A DNA stretch of 64,000 nucleotides, taken from Octopus sinensis (Eukaryota). The stretch spans positions 9,176,001 through 9,240,000 of the forward strand of contig NC_043018.1 of the NCBI RefSeq assembly GCF_006345805.1. The letters run 5' to 3'. The translations under genes were made by a program, and so were the position numbers. The notes under the pieces are model-generated. The model was given only the letters and a program-made list of their open reading frames with translations, ran no database searches and was not told the origin of the DNA. Below are positions 49,584 to 60,936 of the stretch, piece after piece; position 1 is the first letter of the stretch, and the number at the start of each line of letters is the position of its first letter.

Positions 49584-50253
49584 GAATCTTTTCCTTTTCA
49601 ACACAATTTCTAGTTAACTAAACACTTTAAAACTTCGTATACTGGTAGACTGTGTCAAAATAAAACGTTTTTTTTCTCTTGGCTTTCTTGAGAAAATTGT
49701 AATTTGTTTGTTTAACGTAGTTTAATTTTTCGAATTTTAACCAATCCTATTGCCTCCATTGAGCTTAAATCATTTGCTGCGTCTAAAACAGACAACATCC
49801 TGTCACTAACCCTCAACCTAAATTTATGCCTTTCGTTTGTTTTTTTTCTTAATTGCTAAATTAATTTAAGGATAACTATTAAGAAGAAAAAAAAAACGAA
49901 AGCAATGGAAAATAATTTTAATCTAACAATTAAGAAAAAAAACGAAAGCAAAAACTCAAAACAAGCGTAACAATTAAATTAATTTAACAATTAAGAAAAA
50001 AAACCAAGGCTAAAATTTAGGGTGAGGGTTAGTTAGGGTTAGTGACAGCAAATGATTTTAGCTCAATAGAGGGCATAGGATTGGTTAAAATTCGAAAAAT
50101 TAAACTACGTTAAACTTACAAATTACAGTATTCCCAAGAAAGCCAAGAGAAAAAAATGTTTTATTTTGACACATTCTACCAGTATACGAAGTTTTAAAGT
50201 GTTTAGTTAACTAGAAATTGTGTTGAAAACTGCCGTTCAAAAGGAAAAGATCC
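49584..50253. mobile_element. Fold-back MITE related to 4487-4889
   Basis: TSD GGATTAGT at 49576-49583 and 50254-50261; long inverted arms sharing the subterminal block TAACTAAACACTTT.AAACTTC.TATACTGGTAGA. Confidence 0.75.
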
Positions 50254-50828
50254 GGATTAGTTTATGCACAACTCCATTGTCTCTCAAGACAAAAGAATGC
50301 CGACAACAACATGTTCTTTATAACAGTGCATAAGTATATAAAATCAAATCTGTCGCTCTGAAAAATACCCATGTTATTATTTGTATCTATATACACACGT
50401 GAAATATATACAATTTAATTTTATAGCATTCACACATGCATACACACAGCAAATAAATTCTTGTACAAAGTAATCCAGCTGTTTACTTTCATACTTACTA
50501 TTGTCTTTGTTCTTTGCAGTGAATTTGTGTGCCTTATCCATAATCCTACCAACAAAGAAATGACAGCCATAAATATAACAATGAGCGGAGACTTCGTTTT
50601 TGTGGAAATCGCTGTGGATAGTTCACACCATGCATTGCAAGTTTTCTTAGCTTGCTGTTCTAAGAATAACTTCTCAAATAATGAAGTCCCTGAAGCACTG
50701 CAAGAAAACTCCAGCTGAAGGCCCAACACTGTGGGACATGGACTCTAAACCATAATACTTATAAACTCAGAATTGCAGAGCTACAAATTGCTGCGACCTG
50801 CCATTGTGAAATACATACAGAAAACCAT

Positions 50829-51180
50829 TCATCATCATCATTGTTCTACCGTGGTCGAGACAATGGAATTTACTATGTTATGCCAGACCTCACGGTCCAT
50901 CATAGCACTATGGAGGTCTTGTTGCTGGATGCCTGTATCCCTGGAGATTACATCAGGGTAGGAGAGTGTGCACCCTCTGGTATCGCGAGCAGATGGCTTC
51001 CAGAGGAGAAGAGTAGAAGTTACCTTTTTTCTGCTCTACAACAATGTCCAGCAAACTGGACTCTCCTACCTTTCACAAGAGATGATACAGGTGGTAGTTT
51101 CCCATATATTTGTACTTTGGTTGGATGATGCTTCCACGAGAGATTTTGAGCTCTCGTAAGGAGGCGAGTGTAGGTTCCAT
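50829..51180 (-). mobile_element. RTE-clade LINE 3' fragment with (TGA)n tail
   Basis: IYGKLPPVSSLVKGRRVQFAGHCCRAEK/.../LLLWKP...DTGIQQQDLHSAMMDREVW, with a frameshift. Confidence 0.8.
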
Positions 51181-51209
51181 CCAACTACCTCTCAAGCTTC
51201 TTTGATAAC

Positions 51210-51441
51210 CTATTTCTTTATTACCCACAAGGGGCTAAACATAGAGGGGACAAACATGGACAGACATAGGTATTAAGTCGATTACATCGACTCCAGTGCG
51301 TAACTGGTACTTAATTTATCGACCCCGAAAGGATGAAAGGCAAAGTCGACCTCGGCGGAATTTGAACTCACAACGTAATGCAGACGAAATACCGCTAAGC
51401 ATTTCGCCCGGCGTGCTAAAGTTTCTGCCAGCTCACCGCCT
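51210..51441 (-). mobile_element. SINE family C, full length (others near 11285-11425 and 22545-22770)
   Basis: Reverse complement of 33621-33851. Confidence 0.85.
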
Positions 51442-54400
51442 AACCTTTGATAACCATTGAAATGAAACCCAATGGAAAGATGGGAGTATATTGAGGGCAG
51501 ATAAAAGAGAAATGAATTTGAAAGGAAAATATTTTTCTATGATTAAATTGGATTTTAATGGAAGATTTTCAAAACAATAAAAAAAAGTTTAAAATGACTG
51601 AATTTCTAACAATTTCCATTGGGGGAACACTGAATTTCAGTTTGGTTTATGAGTGATAAAAAAAATAAATCCCTTGGATTTCTAGGCTTAATTCCTATAA
51701 GCAAGGCAACTAGAGAGCCTTATTCAGTTTTGCTGTTGAAGAAATTAGAAATGTGGCCAGAAACTTATAAATTACATTTTTCTTTTTCTGTTAATTGGTT
51801 GGGACTTTAAACATGACGGACTACATTAACTTTTTCTGCTCTCCGCTAAAAGCTTTCTATTTCTATGTACACTACAAATGTATCTGTCATTCATTGGCAT
51901 TATGCATTTGTGTGTTGAAACCTTGAGATTTCTGTTCCTTGAAGTTTCCTGACTGTTTAATCAGACAGGTAATCATCATCATCATTTAACATCCGCTTTC
52001 CATGCTAGCATGGGTTGGACGATTTGACTGAGGTCTGGCAAACCAGATGGCTGCACCAGACTCCAATCTGATCTGCCAGAGTTTCCACAGCTGGATGCCC
52101 TTCCTAACGACAACCACTCTGAGAGTATAATGAGGGCCAGTCAGGCAGTACTGGCAATGACATCACTCGAAAGTTGTTTTTTAGGTGCTACCAACACAAG
52201 TGCCAGTAAGGTGACGCTGGTTACAATCATGCTCAAATGGTGCTTTTTATGTGCCAATGGCATGGAAGCCAGTCAGCTGCTCTGGCAACAATCATGCTCG
52301 GATGGTGCTCTTAGCGCTCCACTAGCAGGGATGCCAGTCATCGAATTTGATTTCGATTTTACTTGCCTCAACAAGTCTTCGCAAGCAGAGTTTAGTGTCC
52401 AATGAAGGAAAGGAATACAAGCCGTTTAAATTCATGTATACAATATGAACCCCTTGTCTCCTGTTTTTCAAATGTTTCCTGTACTTGATGACACGTGGCT
52501 GGAAAAGTAATATTTAATACTGTGATAAAATAGATTGCCTTGTTTTAAACAAACCAGATTAAAATGTGATAAGATTCAAAGTAAGGAGGATCAAAATGTT
52601 GGCAAACCACAAAATGAATTGCTCAATGAATTTTGAAAGACTGAACCATTCTTGTCTCCCAGCATACCAAAGTTGATTCCCATGAACTTTACTGCAATAA
52701 TTCCTTAATTACAAAAGTCTTTAGAACAGACTTCAATAACATGGCAGACATTAATGAAGGGAATTCAGATTAAATTTTGAAAAAAATGCAAGTTTCAACA
52801 AAAATGCAACACGAATGGAACTCTAAAAATAAAAACCTGATTCTGCTACAAGCTCACTGTCAAAGTGCTTGCCTCCTTGGCAAGAGATTTAGGGATGACA
52901 AAATTTAGCCTTGCTGGGGGTTTTAAATTGGTTTCAAGAATTCACATTTTTCAGTGCTATATACATTTAAAACTTTAGTGGAAGCAGTATCAGCATTATC
53001 GAAGAATACATTTTGACTAGAAATTACCATTTATGATAAATGAAATTCCTAAAGATGGGAATATTTTTGAATTAATCTCACAACATTCGAGGAATTGTTT
53101 TCCCTTACAATTTTTAATATCACCTGTAGGCAATGATGTAGTCTTGAGAATATTCTTGCTTGCAGCATCAGTGAGAGAAAAAGCAAGAAATAAAATGTAA
53201 CTTGAGCTTATTTGACACTATTTGTGAGAATTAAGACCACTTGCTCACAGACCTCTCCAATGTTCAGTGATTTTATAATCCATTAAAACTATTCTTTCAT
53301 TCTGGATTACAACTGGCAAACGTCTGCTTTTCACACAATGTAAGTATCTGAGCCATTTTTACATATTTTGAATTGGTTTTGCAAGAGTTTTGATATGAAA
53401 CTCTGGAAATTAATGCCGGGGCAGTGGAAATTTGATAAAAAAACCATTCATCAGTTGCTTGTGTATATTTCACAACTTGTTCCAAAACGATGATTGGCTC
53501 CACAAATATTGCTACTGATCAAAAAATATTTGGGTGGCTGTGGAAGGTAAAGAAACAACTGCTTTGGAACAAGTGAAATACCAAGAAACAATTTCTAGGT
53601 TACTAGCACAATGAACTGGCAACTCCGGTCATAGTGCTAGTGCATGCATATACAGCTGTGTGCGTGCGCACATACACGCGAGTACTGTCCAAATCTCCGA
53701 CCAATCACATACAGCTAGCTGGCATTCAATTGGCGTATCAAGTTTCGGGCATTTTGATTGGGTTTTGGATAGAAAATTCACAAAAAAGTCACTTCTATTG
53801 ATTTTTTAATGGCTTTGCGGGGTGACTGGGGAAATGTAAAGATGTGCACGACCACCCTTGGACAGTTTTGAATGACCATAGAAAGTGCGAGCCCTCTAAC
53901 TGAAAAATTGTGGATTTGTATAAAGGACACACACGCACACAGACATTTTGCCATTTATATATAGAGATACAGAGACTCTTCCTAAATATAATATTGTAGA
54001 ATGTTTGGCTCTCATACTCATGGCTCCTCTGTTCCCACTCACTTCCACCCACCTTGAATCTTGAGGGTCCACCTGGACACTTATTCTACCTTATTCAATC
54101 TAAATTCTTCTAAATGTGATGAACCATGATGCTTCTCTACAACAAAAGTATCTTCCGCCCCCTCCTCTTATTCTTGAACATTCTCTCTCCCCTCCCAAGG
54201 TTCATAGTCATGTAAACTGCTGGACCAACTCACGAGTGATGTTGGCACGAAAAAATCACCCAATACACTCTGAAAACTTGGTGTTAAAGCCATCCAGCCA
54301 TAGAAAACCATGAAATGATTTGAATCTTAAAAGATTAGGATTTAAAAAAGGGTGTTTTGTTTTTGCTTTTTTTTTTTTTTTCAGAATTTCAATTTTCTGT

Positions 54401-56989
54401 CTCTTATTTTTTAATTTTATTTTCTCGGAAATGCTTTGGCTTTTGTGGGGTCCTGAAAACGAAGCAGCTCAAGACTTTTGGTGATTTGCATATCATTGAG
54501 TTTTTGTTCTGGAATTTTCCCTGAAAGAAAAAAAAATGTTAAAAGGTGAGTGCAATTCTGTGTTGTTGAATATTTCTTGCATTATATTTATGTAGTGGCA
54601 AAGTTACAGAAAATGGTACAACAAAGAATTTTTATTTTTTGCAGAGTTATAGCAATGTCTCAAATTTGAAAAAAAACTTCAAAGAAAAATCAAAACTGGA
54701 AAAGCTGTGGAAATTTTTAGGTGGATGTAGAACTGAAAATTTTTTTCTCATTATCTTTGTTTAGAAAAGAATTTTTTTTTTTTTTTGCAAAAAGGTTTTC
54801 AAATTTAATTGGTTGGGGTTTATAACAAATTCCACAAAAGAAAATTTAAAATATATTAGCATTATCTTATCTATCCTGTCTTATCTATTGATTGTTTGAT
54901 CATAGAAGTATTTGGTAATGGTGTTAGAACCAGATTTTGCCACTTGTCTTGATCTTCTGCTACTCTGAGTCAGCAAAATTGAGGATTGTCCAATCTTTGT
55001 TACAAACCCATCTTCTCCTTGTCCTGCTTTGCTTTCGTCCACCTTCCACTGTGACTTGCAGAATTGTCTTTGCTATAATCCACAGATTGAATAATGTATC
55101 TTTGCAAAATTTTATTAAAAATTAAGCATTTTTAACTTTAATTGTGAAACAAATTAGAGAACAGCGGGAGGGTCACCAAAATGCAGTTGTAGCACCCTTA
55201 AAATTCTGAGTTCAAATCCCACTGACATTAATGTTGCCCTTCCAGTGACAAAGTACCACTCAAATACTGAGGTTGACAATATCTACTGTTCCCTGTACTT
55301 TTCAAGAACTATTTTATAGTTTGAGGTTTTGTAAAAGTTAATTTTTTAAATTATTGATGTTTTAAAGAATATTAACGATTCTACGATCAGAATTATTGAT
55401 TCCTCATCATTTAATATCCATTTTTCATGAAGGCATGGGTTGGATGTCTTGAGGGAAGCTGGCAAGGCTAGGGGCCATACAGCTAGACAGTAGGTAGGAA
55501 CAGTGGGAATCTTGCTTCGTTCATGCGTGTCACTAAGATGCTGAGGCATTTGGCTGTTACACTATATTTACTGCACTTTTCCCAGTTTTTAACATGAGCA
55601 GTCTCACAGTGCACCCATCAAAGCAACATGCATGAACGGATGCACTGTCCACTTCAAGTATATCCAGCAACCCCCAAGTGAGACTTGGGGGGCACACACA
55701 CTGAAGTGGCATGGGCAGTGCCAGCTGACTGGATCCATACTGAGGAGGGGTCTAGTCTGTCTCGCCTCATCCCTGTGTTGGTGGTGCAAGGGACGAGAGC
55801 TCAAAATACGATCAAGACAGACCCTTAGATGCATCAGTCCCTCAGCATATTGTAGGTGCAGAGCATAGCAGTTCCACACAGTAGTTGCCAAAAAGCTTTC
55901 TCAGATCCCAATGTCCAGTAGTGCCATCTCCATCTAAATGTCGCATTTTCTCTGCCAAATCCATTACCATTCTACCAATTCCACATTAACAGCATTTAAT
56001 GCCAAATCTATTCTTGTAGTTGGTTCATTGTTTCTTCCCAGAAAGTCTTTGCTTGTGATATCAGTCTCTACAGTAATGTTTAAGGAAGCATTTCTTTGAC
56101 CATAGGTAATCATAAACAGGTTCCTGTATCAGGTGCCAATTTCCTCATGATGGATTCTCACATTAATTTTGTCACATGACTATCTAACATAATTTTACTG
56201 ATGTCTTTTACTAGACTCAAATCACTAAATGAAATGTGGGTTTATAGAACCAATGTTTAATGAAACAAAATTATCTTGCAAGAAATACAGCTTTGGCATC
56301 TGTACTTGACTGGTGGAATGACTAATTTCATTCTGTAATTCCAGATATTCCATAATTCCCTCAAGTCTGTGACTAGACTGCATCATCCTGCCAGCTGGTA
56401 GCAGCAGTTAATTGTATCTGATGAAGTGTTGTAATCTGGACAATTTGAAGTGTCTTCTCCTGTCCAGTCTATTTCTGTTTTTTGATGAGATCTATGATGT
56501 AAATTATTCTAGCCACGGCCCCAATTGCCTTTCTAAGCCCCACCCCCATGTTTTGTGTACCTGGAACAGTTATTCCTTTTCATTCCTTAGATATTTATTT
56601 GGTAATAATTTCTGCTTTTGCCAAGAGTGTGGTGTTAGTTATGGTAGATGTTGTTGTTGCTGGTAAATGAAAATGTCTTTCACAGACCCTGTCAACATGT
56701 TCAAGTTGCTGGAAGTGTAAACAATTGCAAATACAATAGTTTGTTTACTTTAAAATTGATGTCTTAAAGTGTATGGATTGCCATTCATTCCACTTGCTGC
56801 TAGAGATATATTCTTATAATATTTATCGGCCCTAGAGAGGGACAATACAGGACATCACAAAGTGTTCATGGGTTCATAAATGAGCTTTAAAATTATGTAT
56901 TTAAATATAATTAAACAATATAATTAAAAAATTTTAAACCTTGGCCATGAAGTCCACCAGCTACACTGTACCATTTTACTGTGGTTGAA

Positions 56990-57910
56990 ATTAAGCAGGG
57001 GTCATTCACCCGCAACTTTCTTTCCACATCCTTCCATCTTTTCCCATATACACTTTGTGACAGGCGTCTTTTCTCTAGCCCCTATCTTGCTCTTCAGATG
57101 ATATCTAAAGTAGTATAGCAAGCCAGGGCTGGAGATGAATGTTCCTGTTGCGACTCCTTTCATTCTAGATTTCCATATACATTCTTTGAGTATTGCAACT
57201 GTGCATAAGAAACATGCCTTACCTTCCTTCGACGATCCGGGTGGTGGCGCAATCTTAATCCTGAACTCTGCTGATAGCTGTACTCTTCCCATATGTGACA
57301 GCTTTGTTCTGTGTAAATTATAAAAGCCTGAAAGCTCTGGACACTGAACAAATGAATGCAGAATGGTTTCATTGTCCTGCCCGCACCTTGGGCGTACCAG
57401 TGGCACTGACATTCCATGCCTAGACAGTTTATCATGAACAGGTAAAGCACTGCCAGGCCAGGGATTTCTGGTAGTTACCCAGGTACCCTGGCCTGAAAGT
57501 TCTTTTGATCAGGTTGGCTAACTGGCCCTCATTGGGACCCAGAGCCCCTCCTAGGGCATCATCCCTCTTGAACTCTACCAGCCTGCTATAGAGTATTGAG
57601 GTGGTACTCTCACTGCCAGCCTTACCCGCCTTGTGGATTAACACGAGTGCCTGTTGGCACTTTTTGCCATTCAGTTAGGTTATGTCTTTTTATGAAACCG
57701 GGTTTAAACTCCTCAAAGGAGGCCCGTCGCGGAAAGAACATGTTTGCGGATTCCACACCTGTTCACCTTCCAGGTAGAGCCAGAGGTTCCTTGGCCTCAG
57801 CGCATGTTTGCACATCATCAGCCACGGCATCCCTAACCCACCCTTTAGTGGGTTTTGGCAGCAGACAGAGTGCCTCACAAGCAGTTTTCCTCCCCTCCAC
57901 AAAAAGCAAA
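56990..57910 (-). mobile_element. Tx1/L1-clade LINE, ORF2 3' end (thumb plus zf-RVT)
   Basis: FCFLWRGGK...GGLGMP, YQKSLAWQC, PRCGQDNETILHSFVQCP (ORFs 57690..58199, 57432..57644, 57002..57412). Confidence 0.85.
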
Positions 57911-60900
57911 ATCGGGGAGATGGAGCATCCTTCGCACCCCAACTCTTATTGCCATATCTAGTTCCTCCAGTGCTACTTTCGATGGTATCGCCTGTGTTAG
58001 TCCGTAAAACAGGCTCGGCAAGTAGTATTGCTGTAGCATCATGAGCTTTTGACGGGGCTTTAGGGGAGCCCGGCATATATCGTCCATGCATCGTGATACG
58101 GTCTCTACCGATGTGTCTCTGTTCTGTGTCGACCAGGGGAGAGCTTTTACCCCTAGGTACGGCACGCTTTCGTCCGGTTCGACTCGTGGCAATGGGCACC
58201 CATTGAGTTCTGGCGGCGACGTCACGTTAACTAGGAACGACTTTCCCCAGTTCCGAATGGAGAACCACGCACATTTGGAGACGTTAATGGAGAGCCCTAC
58301 CGCGTGGTAGAACTCCGAGCAAAGATCGAGGAGGCTCTGTAGTCCCCGGCTAGAGCCGGAGACTAGCACTAAGTCGTCCGCATACGCGAGGCCCGCCATG
58401 ACCGCACCACCGATCTGGAGGCCCATATTGGCGGGCAGGGCTCCCAGCAGCAGGTCGGTCGCGATGTTGAATAGGAGTGGTGATAGGGCATCGCCCTGTC
58501 GGACACCGCGCCTAATCTCGATCGGCGTGCTGCTCTCGGTCCCAATCGTGAATGTGGTGGTGGAGCCCTCGTAGAGCTGTCCCACTAGTCTGATCAGGTG
58601 GTTATCGTAGCCGAGCCTTCTCATGCCCGCAAAGATAAGGGAATGCGAGACCGTGTCGAAGGCTTTGGCTAGATCCAGGAAGGCTATTTCTAGCCCCGGG
58701 AGTTTAGGTCGGGCGTGCGTTGCCCCCCTGGCGTGGTCCAGTAGCCGGCGGAGGAGAAAGTTATTCTTGCCGCATCCGTCAGCCTTAATGAAGCCACGCT
58801 GGGAGGGGTTGAGGGGGCGTTGCCTGGAGCATCCTGGTGGCAAGCACCTTCGTGTATAGGCGGTAAACCGCAGAACAGATGGTGAGCGGGCGCCAGTTGG
58901 CCAGGTCATTGGGGTTTCCTGCCTTCTTTCAAAGGAGGATCGACCTGCCATGCAACAGGATCCTCGGAACGCGTCCCGTTAGCAGTAGGCAGTTAAATAT
59001 GTTGGCGAGGACTGCAGGGTCGACTGCCCTGACTTCGCGAGGTGTCAGGCCATCGGGGCCGGCGGCAGAGGCCGGATCCATGCGTCTGCGGGCGATCTTT
59101 AGCTCCTCTACGGTGAACGGACACAAAATGGAGGTGTTGTCCGCTGCGGAGAAAGCCTGTCCCGGTAGAGCGCTTCGATGTCGCTCATCGGGACGGGGCA
59201 CTCGCCCCCTAGGTCCTCACCAAGTATCACTGCCATAAGCTTTTTCCTGTTGAGAGCGAATAATCACTGGAATCGTGCATAACGTGCTACCTTCGCGCGT
59301 CGATTTGATGGTCTTGGTCCAGTGCCAATTCGCTGTTTCGATGGTCCTGGTCCAGTTCCAGGGGTGGTCCGCCTTTTCCTTTCACGAGCGCTCACCCAGC
59401 ATGATGCCATGTGGCCCACCCATTCCTCTACACGATTCTCGAACTCGATCCAGTTCAACTCCGAGCAGTCCTCGCTGAGTGCCAAGAGGCAGTCTGCGAA
59501 GGACGATGCCCAAGTGGAGTGACCTGGTGATGCAGCTTGACTGAACGGCTCCCGCCAGTCCGGGACTGCGGGCTGTGCCGTGCTCCTCATGGTCGGTGCG
59601 CTTTGCCCAGCGGCGGGGGCTTGTGGGATTTTGTTATGAACCTTTCGCAGATCGCAACGCTTGTCGCTGATCTGTTTAGCCGTCTTGTTAAGTAGCCAGG
59701 GGGCTACCCCCATATTGATCTTCTTACACCCCGCCTCCAGCAATTCCTTTTCCTTCGTTAGGAGGATCTCGACTTCTTCCTCCGTCCAGCAGCCTCGCGA
59801 CGTCCGCCCTGAGGTACGTGCGAGCTGAGCACACTTTTCCCTCTTGTGTACTATCTCGTTCATGCGACTATCCTGCGCCTATTCGCCTGCACAGGGTGCA
59901 TATGCCTAATGTGCTGTGACAGCCCCAAAGCCATACAGAAGGCTTGGCTGCACCATTCCCATTTGTGGGGGAGCTGCTGAGATACTAGTGCCGTTGGAAC
60001 CGCGTTCCCCTTGCACTTTCCTGCGTGGCACCTGACCGAGTGGAGGTGGCCGCAGCGGCTGCACCTGTAGACAGGCTTTTGGGTATGCCTGTTGAGTACG
60101 TGGAGCCCCCATTCGAGGGGGCTCGAGAAGTGTCGAGGGCAAAGTGGACACACTATGGAAATCGACACGCATGGAATCTCCAGGGTGAACGCATCGGCCG
60201 ACGGTTGGCAGGCCACGCCGCTATCAACAGCCTCCCCCATGGGCGGTCCGTCCTCATAATAGCGAGGGGGAACGGACAGGGGAAGGCCGGCGAGAGCGTC
60301 ATGGTCCGCCGCGAGCTCCGGCGGGAGTTGTTCACCACAGAGAACCAACGTGCGGGACGCGCATTCAAGAACAAAGCGGCCCGGTTTGTCCCTACAGACC
60401 GTAAGCGACATGAAGCCACTTTTACTAGACATGATCGGTGGGGTCTACCTGATTACGCCGAGGAGGGCTAGACCTTGTACCCACCTCAGGGGGAAGTAGC
60501 TTTTCGCCACGGCGTGGGCACGTCCCATGCCGCAACTGATATCGAGGCCCTTCCTGGGACCTCGACACCCGTAGGGCATTAAAGTTTGCATCATGTTTTT
60601 CGACCGTTTCTCCGTGAACTCGAGCCGGATTTCCAGGCAGACTGCCAGTGCACCCCAAACGCGCATAGGGGCCGCCCCAAGGAGTGATCACCAGATGCAC
60701 GCACAGGTTCGCCATACACACATAGGAGGGGGGACCGGAGCCCCGCCCTTAATAACCGCCCCAGAGTCAGCGGAGTCTCCCACCGTTTTGGTTCAGTCAG
60801 GGAGATCGGGCCGCTTTCGTTAGTCCAATGCGATGCAACCAATTCGGTATGGCTGAACCTACCGGTGTATCCAACACCGTCCGACGTAGCTCACATCACG

Positions 60901-60936
60901 GACGTAAGCTCTCTTGCCGCAACAAGGCAGAAACCC
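57911..60936 (-). mobile_element. R2-like (lineage A type) non-LTR retrotransposon, frameshifted, 3' RLE region missing
   Basis: CPLCPRHF...H..H and C..C...H..C zinc fingers plus a degenerate third finger; Myb motif GCWTEEEV...KTAKQISDKR; SAAGPDG; FLDLAKAFDTVSH; GVRQGDALSPLLFN; LAYADD. Confidence 0.9.

Noticed and set aside
50020-50045. Interstitial telomere
   Set aside because: Only two or three degenerate units, embedded in a TSD-flanked MITE arm.
52600-53560. Possible decayed hAT transposase
   Set aside because: Only a vague HCQ..WL-like resemblance across many stops; it cannot be supported without a profile search.
55570-56700. Possible decayed retroelement or exon sequence (TDAS-like, CxxC-like strings)
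   Set aside because: Motifs are too short and interrupted to assign.
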